DNA of 64,000 bases. It comes from a bacterium. Lineage in GTDB: Bacteria; UBA8248. The notes beneath the pieces were generated by a model. It made no database searches and was not told the origin of the DNA. It saw nothing but the letters and a program-made list of their open reading frames with translations. Shown piece after piece: positions 41,293 to 51,295 of this stretch; position 1 is the stretch's first letter; every line of letters begins with the position of its first letter. Made by a program: the position numbers and the translations under genes. The stretch covers positions 1,440,001 through 1,504,000 of the forward strand of contig OZ241875.1 of assembly GCA_965203325.1 (NCBI GenBank), written 5' to 3'.

Positions 41293-42684
41293 TTAACCCA
41301 GCCTCTCGCCCGCGTAGGCCTCCATGCCGTGCTCCGAGAGGTCGAGGCCGGCCGATTCGTCTTCTGCGGAAACGCGCACACCAATCACGGCTTTCACAAC
41401 CTGCCAAAGGATGAGGGACAAGACGAAGGTAAACACACCGACCGCGATGACACCCGTAAGCTGCTTGATAAAGAGCCCTGCACCGCCGCCGTAGAACAAC
41501 CCCACGACGCCATCGTCGATAGAAGGCGCGGCAAATAAACCGAGCGCAAGCGTCCCGAAGATGCCGCATACCAAGTGAACCGAAACGGCGCCGACCGGAT
41601 CGTCTATCTTGATCTTATCGAGAAACGGAACCGCAATGCAGACGATGACGCCCGCAGCCAGACCGATAATCACCGCTCCCAACGGAGTGACGTTGGCGCA
41701 TGGTGCTGTGATGGCCACCAGCCCTGCAAGCGCCCCGTTCACGCTCATGGAAAGATCGGCTTTGCCGAACATGGCCCGCGAAGTCATGCTCGAGGCTACG
41801 ACGCCCGCCGAGGCAGCGAGGTTTGTCGTCACCGCGATGCGCGCAATGGCGCCGGCGTCGGCGGCCATGGTGCTACCCGGGTTAAATCCGAACCACCCGA
41901 GCCATAATATGAATCCACCCAAGGTGACGAGCGGCATGTTGTGGCCAGGCATCGCCTGCATCCGGCCGTCGGACGTATACTTGCCGAGCCGGGGACCAAG
42001 AACGATAATTCCGGCGAGTCCCGCCCAACCACCTACGGAGTGAACCACGGTGGAACCGGCGAAATCGAGAAAACCCATTCCACCCAGCCAGCCGCCACCC
42101 CAAATCCAATGTCCCTGAATGGGATAGATGATGGCGACAAGCAGAAAACTGAAGATCATGAACGAGGAAAACTTGATACGCTCGGCCACACAGCCCGAGA
42201 CGATGGTCGCCGCCGTCGCTGCGAAAACGAGTTGGAAGAAAAACTTCGCGTATAGCGGCACGCCCGTCCAATTAAGTGACGAGAAAACACCTTTGTACGC
42301 ATCACCCGTGGCCGGACTGTTGTCCGCCCCCGAAAGGAAGAAACCGTTCGTTCCGAGTATCGAGCTGCCATCGCCAAACATGAGGGCAAAACCCAATATC
42401 CAAAATGCCAGGGACGAGACGGCGACGACGCCAAAATTCTTATAGAGAATGGCGACGGTGTTCTTGGCTCGACAAAGCCCCGATTCGAGCATCGCAAAGC
42501 CCGCATGCATGAAAAACACCAGAAACCCGGCCACCATCACCCAAACAGTGTCCGCCGCCACTTGCAAATCCGCGAGGCTCTTTGCCATGGCCTTGACATC
42601 CTGTGCCCAGCCGTTGCCGGCAAAAGACAAAACCCACATGGCGAAGACCAACACCGCCGTAACGTAGAGATTTCTTCTTCTCAT
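41293..42684 (-). CDS. amtB: Ammonium transporter
   Basis: GFAMLESG, DFAGSTVVH, WFGFNPGS, DDPVGAVSVH. Confidence 0.97.
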   Translation of the reverse strand: MRRRNLYVTAVLVFAMWVLSFAGNGWAQDVKAMAKSLADLQVAADTVWVMVAGFLVFFMHAGFAMLESGLCRAKNTVAILYKNFGVVAVSSLAFWILGFALMFGDGSSILGTNGFFLSGADNSPATGDAYKGVFSSLNWTGVPLYAKFFFQLVFAATAATIVSGCVAERIKFSSFMIFSFLLVAIIYPIQGHWIWGGGWLGGMGFLDFAGSTVVHSVGGWAGLAGIIVLGPRLGKYTSDGRMQAMPGHNMPLVTLGGFILWLGWFGFNPGSTMAADAGAIARIAVTTNLAASAGVVASSMTSRAMFGKADLSMSVNGALAGLVAITAPCANVTPLGAVIIGLAAGVIVCIAVPFLDKIKIDDPVGAVSVHLVCGIFGTLALGLFAAPSIDDGVVGLFYGGGAGLFIKQLTGVIAVGVFTFVLSLILWQVVKAVIGVRVSAEDESAGLDLSEHGMEAYAGERLG

Positions 42685-42945
42685 GCCCCCTCCTCCGATA
42701 CGCTTTGGTTATTTTTACGTTCTAAATATTTTGAGAACTCGCATTCCTAAAGTATCGTCTCGGTTTTGTAGGCGAGAAGTATTTCGATATCGTTTCCGCC
42801 GTATTACCCGCAAGTTAATAATGCTCCAAACCCCACCCCGTTCCGGTTTGACAGGCGATTTCGTGCGTGCTAGCAATTCCGCCAATTCGATTAAATTTCT
42901 TTTGAGCAAGCCCTTTTCCGGGATCAATCCACTGAAGGAGATACA

Positions 42946-43389
42946 ATGCCTCCAAAACGAAAGCCCAAAATTCCCACGAAAGCTCTCAAGCGCGGCACAC
43001 ACCTTTGGACCAAGGAATTCACCGAACGTATCGGCCATGATATGGCCGAATGGGCGGACGAAGAATTCATGGAAATGTTCATGAACTGCTGCTACGGCGG
43101 ACTTTATGATCGGGACGTCTTGCCCCAGAAAACCAGAGAACTTTGCGCCGTGGCCGCATGCGTCATGGCCAACGCGCATCCACAATTGCGCACCCACATT
43201 CAGGCCGCATGGAACTGCGGTGCGACAAAGCGACAGATCATGGAAGTCATCATTCAGATGGCCATCTATTGCGGCATGCCCTATATGCTTCAGGCGGCAC
43301 GAATCGCCGCGAACGAGGTCTTTCCCTTGCTCAAGCGCGGAGAGAAGGCCGCCGCTCCGCCGCCGGGCCTGAAATTGGATAAGAAGTAA
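42946..43389 (+). CDS. Carboxymuconolactone decarboxylase family protein
   Basis: TRELCAVAA...QLRTHIQAA..GAT..QIMEVIIQMAIYCG. Confidence 0.85.
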   Translation: MPPKRKPKIPTKALKRGTHLWTKEFTERIGHDMAEWADEEFMEMFMNCCYGGLYDRDVLPQKTRELCAVAACVMANAHPQLRTHIQAAWNCGATKRQIMEVIIQMAIYCGMPYMLQAARIAANEVFPLLKRGEKAAAPPPGLKLDKK

Positions 43390-43452
43390 CCCGAAACCGT
43401 CAGGCGCCGGGCGGCCTACACCCAAAACCAAATACGTGAGGAGTATCTAATA

Positions 43453-44229
43453 ATGGCCCGTAGAATTGTAGATTTAAGCGTTCCCCTTCAAAACGCGCCC
43501 ATGGAGAACAATCCGGCCGCCATCCAGTACGTGAACCACACCGAGCTTGCCCGAATGCGAGCCAAATCATACAAGTTTCCGGACACCAGTTATTTTCCCG
43601 ACCACATGCACTGCGCGACCGAGAACATCACGGCCATCAGCACACACAGCGGCACGCACCTCGATTCTCCGTATCACTATGGGCCCGAATGTGAAGGGAA
43701 CCCCTCGAAAACTATCGACCTCGTTCCCCTCGAATGGTGCGTTAGTGATGGGGTAGTCCTCGATTTTCATGACGCCGAGCGCGGCCACAACATCACGTTG
43801 GAGGAAACGCAGCAGAAAGTGGCGGGCCTGAAAGAGAAAGGCTATTCCCTCAAGCCGATGGACATTGTTCTCATCCGCACCGACCACACCACGAAATATC
43901 TGTACACCCCCGATTTCGAACAAACCCATCCCGGCATGAGCGTAGACGCCACGGAGTGGCTTGTCGATCGGGGGATCAAGGTGATGGGGATAGACGCATG
44001 GGGTTTCGACATTCCCGTCTCCAGGATGACAGAACTCAGACGTCAGGGAAAATCGAAAGATTTCTTTGGCAGTCATTTCCTGGGCCGCAAGAAAGAATAC
44101 ATACATGCGGAAAAACTCATGAATCTCGACAAGCTCCCCGAGTTCGGGTTCACCGTCTCGATGCTCCCCATCAAGATAGAGCGCGCTAGCGGCGCCTGGT
44201 GTCGGGCGGTGGCCATCATCGACGATTAG
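43453..44229 (+). CDS. Cyclase / kynurenine formamidase-like protein
   Basis: DLSVP, HSGTHLDSPYH, GIDAWGFD, EKLMNL. Confidence 0.88.
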   Translation: MARRIVDLSVPLQNAPMENNPAAIQYVNHTELARMRAKSYKFPDTSYFPDHMHCATENITAISTHSGTHLDSPYHYGPECEGNPSKTIDLVPLEWCVSDGVVLDFHDAERGHNITLEETQQKVAGLKEKGYSLKPMDIVLIRTDHTTKYLYTPDFEQTHPGMSVDATEWLVDRGIKVMGIDAWGFDIPVSRMTELRRQGKSKDFFGSHFLGRKKEYIHAEKLMNLDKLPEFGFTVSMLPIKIERASGAWCRAVAIIDD

Positions 44230-44343
44230 CCCGAATCTCTCCGGGGAGGCCGAGACCGGCGCGTGGAGTGACTCCACGGAAAAATATGGTAATATCTCCC
44301 GCATAAGATATCAGTGCGGCAAGAAACCTAAAGGAGCGGAGCG

Positions 44344-44541
44344 ATGGCCTCACATGAAAGCGCAGTGAAGCAAGAAGCCTTATCCGGCGTCCTGATCCGG
44401 CGCATGGCGGCCGTCAAGCCGGCCATATTGGCGATCGTTCTCGGCATATTCATTCTCTACGGCGTGGGCTTCGCCCAACCCCAGCTTTTACATGATGCCG
44501 CCCACGACTCTCGCCACGCCTTCGCATTCCCCTGCCATTAA
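44344..44541 (+). CDS. cbtB: CbtB-domain small membrane protein
   Basis: One TM helix and C-terminal LHDAAHDSRHAFAFPCH. Confidence 0.88.
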   Translation: MASHESAVKQEALSGVLIRRMAAVKPAILAIVLGIFILYGVGFAQPQLLHDAAHDSRHAFAFPCH

Positions 44542-44572
44542 GAGGCCTGGCAACCTGTTGCCAGACAAGAGA

Positions 44573-44602
44573 CGGCGCCCCTTGAGAGGCGCCGTTTTCT
44601 TT
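44573..44602 (+). terminator. Intrinsic terminator after cbtB
   Basis: CGGCGCC...GGCGCCG stem followed by TTTTCTTT. Confidence 0.7.
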
Positions 44603-44613
44603 TGAGGAACCGC

Positions 44614-44964
44614 ATGTCAGCGGAAATTACGGAACACAAACCTTGGGGGCATTTCACCGTCCTGGCCGATGAGCCGGACCATAAGGTGAAGCGGATTGTC
44701 GTTCATCCGGGCCATCGCCTAAGTCTGCAACGACACATGCGCCGATCGGAACACTGGCATGCCATATCCGGGCAAGCCATTATTATCCGTGAAGAAGCAG
44801 AAATCACGTTTTCCGCCGGCGAGAGCATGGATATACCACAAGGTGCATGGCATCGGGTTCAAAACGAAGAGGATACGCCCTTCGTTTTCATTGAGGTGCA
44901 AACCGGCGCCTACTTCGGCGAGGACGACATCGAACGACGCGAAGATGATTACGGTAGAGTTTGA
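44614..44964 (+). CDS. Phosphomannose isomerase type II C-terminal cupin
   Basis: KPWG, RLSLQRH, SEHW, EVQTGAYFGEDDIER. Confidence 0.88.
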   Translation: MSAEITEHKPWGHFTVLADEPDHKVKRIVVHPGHRLSLQRHMRRSEHWHAISGQAIIIREEAEITFSAGESMDIPQGAWHRVQNEEDTPFVFIEVQTGAYFGEDDIERREDDYGRV

Positions 44965-45051
44965 GAGAACATGCCCCGCTACCGGACAAAACCATCCCCA
45001 CACGGATGTGAGAGTGGTTCTTGAACGCGCCTGGACGAAAACGTCTTCAAC

Positions 45052-46251
45052 TTAGCCTTTTCGAAGTTGCTCCAACGCTACAGCCAGACGCTCCACGCCG
45101 CGCTCGCATTCTTCCGTCGAGCACGAATAGGCGATTCTGATGTATCCCTCGCCGCCGAAAACAGCGCCGTTCACCGTGGCGATGGCGTGCTCGTTCAGAA
45201 GGTAGTCCGCCACCTCGCCCGAGGTATCCCCAAAAACCTTCACGTTCGGGAACGCGTAGAATGCGCCCGTGGGTTCCGCCAGTGTGACCCCCTCTATGGA
45301 GCGCAGACCTTCTGATATCACGCGCCTTCGCTTGTCGAATTCACTCGTCATCGCCTCCATGGGCGCCTGATCCTCGAGCACGCCGCGCGCCGCACCGTGC
45401 TGAATAAACGTGTTGACGCACACGGTGGTGTATTGGCGGATCTTGAGCAAGTGACGGGTAATCTCGGGGCTCGCCACCGTCCAGCCGAGTCGCCAGCCGT
45501 CCATGCTGTAGAATTTCGAAAACCCGTTAATGATCACGGTGCGCTCCGCCATGCCGGGCTGTGAGAAAATACTCGGGGCGCACGGCGCATCGCCGTAATA
45601 TATGCGCGCGTAAATCTCATCGCTCATCACCATGAAGTTGCGCCGCACCGCCAGTTCGGCGATCTTCGCGAGTTCTGATTCCGGGATCGTGCAGCCCGTG
45701 GGATTGCCGGGCGAAGTGAGGCAAACGAGTTTCGTCTTGGGCGTCAAAACCGCCTCGATGTCTTCGGCGCGCAATGCGAAATCGTTCTCTTCTTTCGTCA
45801 TCACCTCGACGGGCACGCCGCCCGCCAACGCCGTGCAGGATTTGTAGTGATGCCAGTTCGGCTGCGCGATGATCACCTCATCACCGGGATTCACCAGCGC
45901 CAGCATGGAGACCATGATGCCCTCGTTCGCTCCGGCCATGACGATCACCTGCGTATCGGGGTTCACCTCCACGCCCGTGTCGATTTCCGTTCTGTATGCA
46001 ATGCCCTTCCGCAGGGCTGGAACCCCCGTGCTGGGCGCGTAGTGCACGTCGCCGCGCGCGAGGGACTCGGCGGCTCCTTGCTTGATGTGCTCGGGCGTAT
46101 CGAAATCCGTGCGCCCGATCTGCCAGTGGATGACGTCACGCCCCTCGGCTTCGAGCTTCGCCACGGCGTCGAAGACCTTGCGAATACCCGAGAAAGGAAT
46201 CTCCTCCAAACGATCTGCGCCCACGGATTGAGCGTCAAAAGCAATACTCAT
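45052..46251 (-). CDS. PLP-dependent class I aminotransferase
   Basis: SPGNPTG, SDEIY, GFSKFYSMDGWRLG, GAFYAFP. Confidence 0.92.
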   Translation of the reverse strand: MSIAFDAQSVGADRLEEIPFSGIRKVFDAVAKLEAEGRDVIHWQIGRTDFDTPEHIKQGAAESLARGDVHYAPSTGVPALRKGIAYRTEIDTGVEVNPDTQVIVMAGANEGIMVSMLALVNPGDEVIIAQPNWHHYKSCTALAGGVPVEVMTKEENDFALRAEDIEAVLTPKTKLVCLTSPGNPTGCTIPESELAKIAELAVRRNFMVMSDEIYARIYYGDAPCAPSIFSQPGMAERTVIINGFSKFYSMDGWRLGWTVASPEITRHLLKIRQYTTVCVNTFIQHGAARGVLEDQAPMEAMTSEFDKRRRVISEGLRSIEGVTLAEPTGAFYAFPNVKVFGDTSGEVADYLLNEHAIATVNGAVFGGEGYIRIAYSCSTEECERGVERLAVALEQLRKG

Positions 46252-46450
46252 CTATCATCTCCTGGCAAATAAAATGACTATAAGAACAATAATTTCAAAT
46301 CACTGAAAACGCGATTTAAGCCGCTCGTTATAGCTTTTGAAGCTCTGAGGCGCAAGGGAGTTCTCGCCCCGGATTTCTCTCAATTACAACCAGCCGTTTT
46401 CCTGTTTTCTGGCGAAGGAAAGGGTAAATGACCATTCGACTGCCGCATGA

Positions 46451-47239
46451 TTAGAGCAAATCCCCCTGAAGAACGGTTACGGCCTTACCGCTAAGGACGA
46501 TGCGATCTCCCAGAATTCTCATACGCACCACCCCGCCTCTCGTAGATGCCTGATAGGCCGTAAGTTCTTCTTTTTTGAGGCGTTTCGACCAGAATGGCCC
46601 CAGGCAACAGTGGGCGGAACCCGTCACAGGGTCTTCGTTCACGCCCAGGCCGGGCGCGAAAAAACGAGATATGAAGTCATATTCAGGGTCATCGGAGCGC
46701 GCCGTGACGATGCAGCCGCGCATGGAAACTGTCTGGAGAAGCTGGAAATCAGGCGCCAGGGCCCTGATTGCCGCCTCCGAATCGGCTTCCACCAGATAAT
46801 CGAACTCGTTTTTCCCTACATAGCGGGGTATAAGACCAAGACCTTCCACCAGGGCATCAGGAGGTGCTGCGGGAGACTCTCGGCTGATGGGGAAATTCAT
46901 CTCTATCCATTCATTTTTCTGCTCACAGGTCAAAACCCCGCTTTTCGTGTGGAAGATGACCGTCTCATCAGAGCCGAGATGACCCTTTTCCCAAAGAACA
47001 TGGGCGCCGGCAAGCGTGGCGTGGCCGCAAAGGTCCACCTCGCTCACGGGCGTGAACCATCGCAGGCCGTAGCCGTCTTCCTGTTTCACCACGAACGCGG
47101 TTTCAGAGAGGTTCATCTCCGACGCTACGCGCTGCATCCACCCCTCATCCACTTGCGACGGCAGGATGCACACGGCGGCCGGATTGCCCGAAAAAGGCGT
47201 ATCTGTAAACGCATCCACCTGAATGATGGGAAATGACAT
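46451..47239 (-). CDS. PhzF-family isomerase
   Basis: QVDAF..GNPAAV, NLSETAF, LCGHATL, EDPVTGSAHC. Confidence 0.92.
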   Translation of the reverse strand: MSFPIIQVDAFTDTPFSGNPAAVCILPSQVDEGWMQRVASEMNLSETAFVVKQEDGYGLRWFTPVSEVDLCGHATLAGAHVLWEKGHLGSDETVIFHTKSGVLTCEQKNEWIEMNFPISRESPAAPPDALVEGLGLIPRYVGKNEFDYLVEADSEAAIRALAPDFQLLQTVSMRGCIVTARSDDPEYDFISRFFAPGLGVNEDPVTGSAHCCLGPFWSKRLKKEELTAYQASTRGGVVRMRILGDRIVLSGKAVTVLQGDLL

Positions 47240-47262
47240 GAGGCCTTCTCGTGGAAAAACAG

Positions 47263-47733
47263 TTAGATACGTTTGATAATGTCGCCTGCGCGAATCGAGC
47301 CTTCGCTTAATACCTGCGCGTTCAGCCCCGAGCGGTTGATGAGCGCATCGTGCAGGCCATCTATCCCCAGCAAATTCTCGAAATACCGGCAAGGCTCGTT
47401 CAGGCGTACGCCGCGCATCTTCACATCGCCCACCTGAAACTCAGCCCCCACCAGATGATTGAGTGGAACGCTTCGCGTCACGATGTTTCTCCTGCTCTGA
47501 CCCGCGTCGAGATGGATATTGTGGTCGCGCGTAAGCGCCTCGATCGCTTCGATTTCGATGAGCGTGACCTCGCGATCGGGCCCCTGTTTTTTGGAGTACG
47601 TTCCCACGCCCTCGGCGTAGCGATCTCCCGCAAGCCCTGATCCTACAACTACTTGCGCCTGGGCGACTTCCATCATCGGTTCACCGCCCACCGAGGCGAT
47701 ATGCACCGAGACCACCTCGCCCTCGAAAGTCAT
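47263..47733 (-). CDS. MOSC domain protein
   Basis: GLAGDRY, RRNIVT, NEPC, GSIRAGD. ATG overlaps the stop of the upstream gene. Confidence 0.88.
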   Translation of the reverse strand: MTFEGEVVSVHIASVGGEPMMEVAQAQVVVGSGLAGDRYAEGVGTYSKKQGPDREVTLIEIEAIEALTRDHNIHLDAGQSRRNIVTRSVPLNHLVGAEFQVGDVKMRGVRLNEPCRYFENLLGIDGLHDALINRSGLNAQVLSEGSIRAGDIIKRI

Positions 47734-47972
47734 GCTTTCACATGCTCCTGGATGAGATTGACGGCTTCTTCTTCCGTGGGGAAGTTGCCTGAATCGAGTT
47801 TCGACCATAAAAGCTCGCCGTCGAGCACCAGTTCGAAGGAGCCGACGCGAAAATTCCCGTCCTCGTTTCCGGCGATTTCCAGGTCCGGGAAATGTTTTTT
47901 CAGGTCCTGAGCCAACTGCTCATAGCGAGGCCCGTAGTTTCACTTTTCGCAGTATTCAACGTGAAGTTTCAT
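47730..47972 (-). CDS. Rdx/SelW-family selenoprotein (CxxU)
   Basis: ATG 47972 gives MKLHVEYCEK-TGA-NYGPRYEQLAQDL...GSFELVLDGELLWSKL..GNFP, with in-frame UGA at 47940-47942. Confidence 0.9.
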
Positions 47973-48181
47973 TCATCCCCTCTCCGGTAGAGAACAAAAG
48001 TTGGCGGGCACCCGCATCATAGAAGAATTCCGCTGCGAGGAGAAGGCGTGCAGGAAGCAAAGTCCTGAAATCTGATTCTTCGCACGCCGACAATTCTCCG
48101 AAACCCCCACGCGGCTTGACTATTTCGCCGACACAAGCGAAAAAGCTCCCCGATTTCCGAAGAAAACCCGAAGGAGGCGAA

Positions 48182-49585
48182 ATGGCTGGTATCACACGTG
48201 TGGGAGCATATATACCCTTTCATCGGCTGGGCGGAGATACCGTGCGGGCCGTATGGGGCAGCGGCAGCCCGAGGGCTTCGCGCCCGCTGGCCGGCTTCGA
48301 CGAAGACCCCATCACCATGGGGGTGGAGGCGCTGATCAACGCCGCAGGTTGGGGCGATTCCCAAGTCGATTCCCTCTACTTCGCCTCCACGTCTCACCCA
48401 TATGCTGAAAAATCAAACGCTTCCGTGCTTGCCGCGGCAGCGGATTTGCCCGAAAAACTCTTCACCCTGGATGCGGGCGGCTCCGTGCGCGCGGGCACAT
48501 CCGCCCTCAAAGCCGCGTGCGACGCCGTAGAAGCGGGTTCTTCCAAGACGGCGGCCGTGGTGGCGGCGGAGAAAAGGCCATCCCTGCCGGGAAGCCCCGA
48601 TGAATTAAGCCTTTGCGACGGCGCGGCGGCGGTGTTGCTGGGCAAGGGAGACGACGTCGCCGCCGAGATCGAGGCGATTTATTCGTGGTCCGAGGATTTC
48701 ATCGACAGGTGGCGTCTGCCGGGCGAGGGCGCCGTCTCCGCAGGCGACGCCAAATTCATCCAGGACTACGGCTACGTTCGCCAGAGCGTCGCCACGGTCG
48801 AGGGATTGCTCAGCCAGACGGGCGCCACGAGAGAGGACATCGCGCGCGTGCTCGTCTACGCCCCCGACGCCCGCACCCACGCCGCAATCGCCAGAAAACT
48901 GGGCTTTCCCGAGTCGGCATATCCCGAAAACCCCCTCATCGCGCGTCTCGGGGACGCGGGCGCGGCGGCGCCTTTGCTCTCCCTCGTCGATGCGCTCCAG
49001 GGCGCGGAACCGGGCGAACACATCATCGTCGCGGGCCACGGGAGCGGGGGCGAGGCCATCCTGCTCCGGGCGACGGATAAGGTCCACTCCTTGAGAACAC
49101 AACGGGGAGTCGGCTGGTCCGTCGAGCGCGCGCGCACCATCCCGAATTACGGCCAATGGTTGAAATTCAATGGCTTATCGCCCGAGGAGGAAATCAAGCC
49201 CTTCACCTCGCCCAGCATCCTCTGGAAGGAGAACAGGGCGACCATGCGCCTGATGGCGGGGGTTTGCCGCGTCTGCGGGGAGCTTCAGTATCCCCGCCAG
49301 CAGGTCTGCAACGCCTGCGGCGCGCGGGATGAGTGGGATGAGCGGAAACTCGCCCGCCGGGGCAAAATCTTCACCTTCATCCACGATTACCTGCCGCCTT
49401 CGCCCGAGGGCTTCATCACGATGGCGACGGTCGAACTCGATGGCGGCGGGCGGTTTTACGGCCAGATGACGAACCAGGTGAAAGACGAGGTCCACATCGG
49501 CATGGAGTGCGAACTCACTTTCAGGCTTCTCCATCAGGGCGATGGGTATTATAATTACTTCTGGAAACTGCGCCCCGCCGAATAG
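48182..49585 (+). CDS. HMG-CoA synthase-like domain fused to DUF35 Zn-ribbon/OB-fold
   Basis: GAYIP, DEDPITMG, DGAAAVL, then CRVCG...CNACG and FRLLH...YFWK. Confidence 0.82.
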   Translation: MAGITRVGAYIPFHRLGGDTVRAVWGSGSPRASRPLAGFDEDPITMGVEALINAAGWGDSQVDSLYFASTSHPYAEKSNASVLAAAADLPEKLFTLDAGGSVRAGTSALKAACDAVEAGSSKTAAVVAAEKRPSLPGSPDELSLCDGAAAVLLGKGDDVAAEIEAIYSWSEDFIDRWRLPGEGAVSAGDAKFIQDYGYVRQSVATVEGLLSQTGATREDIARVLVYAPDARTHAAIARKLGFPESAYPENPLIARLGDAGAAAPLLSLVDALQGAEPGEHIIVAGHGSGGEAILLRATDKVHSLRTQRGVGWSVERARTIPNYGQWLKFNGLSPEEEIKPFTSPSILWKENRATMRLMAGVCRVCGELQYPRQQVCNACGARDEWDERKLARRGKIFTFIHDYLPPSPEGFITMATVELDGGGRFYGQMTNQVKDEVHIGMECELTFRLLHQGDGYYNYFWKLRPAE

Positions 49586-49633
49586 GGCTTTATCTTTTCC
49601 TCGGGAAAACATCTTTTTTTCAAGGAGTTGGAC

Positions 49634-50830
49634 ATGAGCGGAAGCATCGCCGGAAAAGTCGCCATCATCGGCGCGGGCATCACGAAATTCGGGGAACTCT
49701 TCGAGCAAAGCTATAACGACCTCGTGGTGGAAGCCGCCTTCGAGGCCTATGAGGACGCGGGCGTGAGCGGCGAGGATATCGAAGCCGCATGGCTGGGCAC
49801 GTATCTGCCGCTCGGCTGGGGCTTCGACGGCACGGGCGGCCCCTCTCTCGCAGAGGCGCTCAACCTCTACCCGAAGCCCGTCTCGCGGGTCGCGAACTAC
49901 TGCACCACGGGCATGGAGGCCGTCCGCATGGCGGCGATGGCCGTGGCTTCCGGCATGCACGACGTCGTCCTCGCCGTCGGCGCCGAGAAGATGCGCGAGG
50001 TCCCTCCGAGGGGGAGCCTGGTCGCGCAACACGTTGAAAAACTTCACCCTATGTACTCGAAGGGCCGCACGGCACCGGGCAGTTTCGCCGTTCTGGCGAG
50101 GCGGTATTTCGAGGAATTCGGCGCGGATAAAGAGGACCTCGCCGAGGTGGCGGTGAAGAACCACTACCACGGCAGCCTGAACAAGCGCGCGCACTTCAGA
50201 AAAGAGATCACCAAGGAGCAGGTCCTGAAAGCCCCGCCGGTCACGGAACCCTTAGGCCTCTATGATTGCTGCCCCACGACGGACGGTGCGGCCGCGGTCG
50301 TGCTCTGCCGGGCCGAGCTGGCCGAGGAGCGCTTCGACAAGAAAGACTACGTCCTGATCGACGGCATGGGGCTCTCGTGCGCGACGGGCTACATCACCAC
50401 GGCGTTCAACCCCAGGTTCAGCTTCATCGGCTTCGAGGCCACCCAGGAGGCCGCGCGCCAGGCGTATGAGCAGGCCGGCGTAACGAACCCCCTCGAGGAG
50501 ATAGATGTCGCGGAAGTGCATGATTGTTTTACGATTACGGAGATCCTGAACTACGAGGACTTAGGCTTCGTCGAGAAGGGAGAGGGGCCCGATTTCGTGA
50601 AGAGCGGCGCGAGCAGGCTCGGCGGCGAACTTCCCGTGAACACCTCGGGCGGTCTCAAAAGCTGCGGCCATCCCATCGGGGCGACGGGCGCGCGCGTGGT
50701 CGCCGACCTCACGCATCAACTCCTCGGGCGCTGCGGCGACCGCCAGGTAAAGGGCGCCAAACGGGCGCTCGGCCACACCCTGGGCGGCCCCGGCGCCGTC
50801 TCCAGCGTATTCGTGTTGAGCAAGAACTAG
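49634..50830 (+). CDS. Thiolase (SCP-x/PhlC-like type)
   Basis: ANYCTTG, VKNH, CCPTTDGAAA, EVHDCF, GHPIGATG, HTLGG. Confidence 0.9.
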   Translation: MSGSIAGKVAIIGAGITKFGELFEQSYNDLVVEAAFEAYEDAGVSGEDIEAAWLGTYLPLGWGFDGTGGPSLAEALNLYPKPVSRVANYCTTGMEAVRMAAMAVASGMHDVVLAVGAEKMREVPPRGSLVAQHVEKLHPMYSKGRTAPGSFAVLARRYFEEFGADKEDLAEVAVKNHYHGSLNKRAHFRKEITKEQVLKAPPVTEPLGLYDCCPTTDGAAAVVLCRAELAEERFDKKDYVLIDGMGLSCATGYITTAFNPRFSFIGFEATQEAARQAYEQAGVTNPLEEIDVAEVHDCFTITEILNYEDLGFVEKGEGPDFVKSGASRLGGELPVNTSGGLKSCGHPIGATGARVVADLTHQLLGRCGDRQVKGAKRALGHTLGGPGAVSSVFVLSKN

Positions 50831-50844
50831 CCAGCCGAATCATG

Positions 50845-50871
50845 CCCCCGGGCGCCCGCCCGGGGGTCTTT
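50845..50871 (+). terminator. GC hairpin, probable terminator
   Basis: CCCCCGGGCG...CGCCCGGGGG followed by TCTTT. Confidence 0.6.
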
Positions 50872-50878
50872 CATCTGA

Positions 50879-51210
50879 GCAATTCCCCGCAAATCCGCGC
50901 ATTTGCCGTCACAGATTGGACTGCGGACTATGGCAGAATTCCCCTGCGTCCGAATTCCGCGGCGTCATTTCTCAAAAATTTAATTTTCAGGAATTTACAG
51001 AAAAACCCCGTGAATTTATCGTATTTTATCGAATTTTTCAGGAATTATTATTTGCATTTTGCGCCTTCCGCGCCTCGCCGGAGCGGCGGCCCGTTCCCCG
51101 CGGGCAACACCCCTTCCGCCGCCTGAAAAACCGCAGGCCGACGGGCGGCCTCTCCAGCATACCCCATCGACGCGAAATGCGGGCGACGGCAAATGCGGGA
51201 AAATGCGTGT
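50879..51210. repeat. Dispersed non-coding repeat (copy 2) with 13-bp inverted ends
   Basis: CGCATTTGCCGTC (50898-50910) and GACGGCAAATGCG (51185-51197) flank an AT core shared with 10424-10470. Confidence 0.7.
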
Positions 51211-51295
51211 GTGAAGGTGGTGGTGCGGCGAACGGTATCCGCCCGGCCCGCCTGCGGAATATCTCCCCACAGGCGGGCGCGAAGCGGTTTCTGCC

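Noticed and set aside
42690..42940. Sigma-54 promoter for amtB-glnK
   Set aside because: The candidate GG/GC pairs I checked lack the correct -24/-12 spacing.
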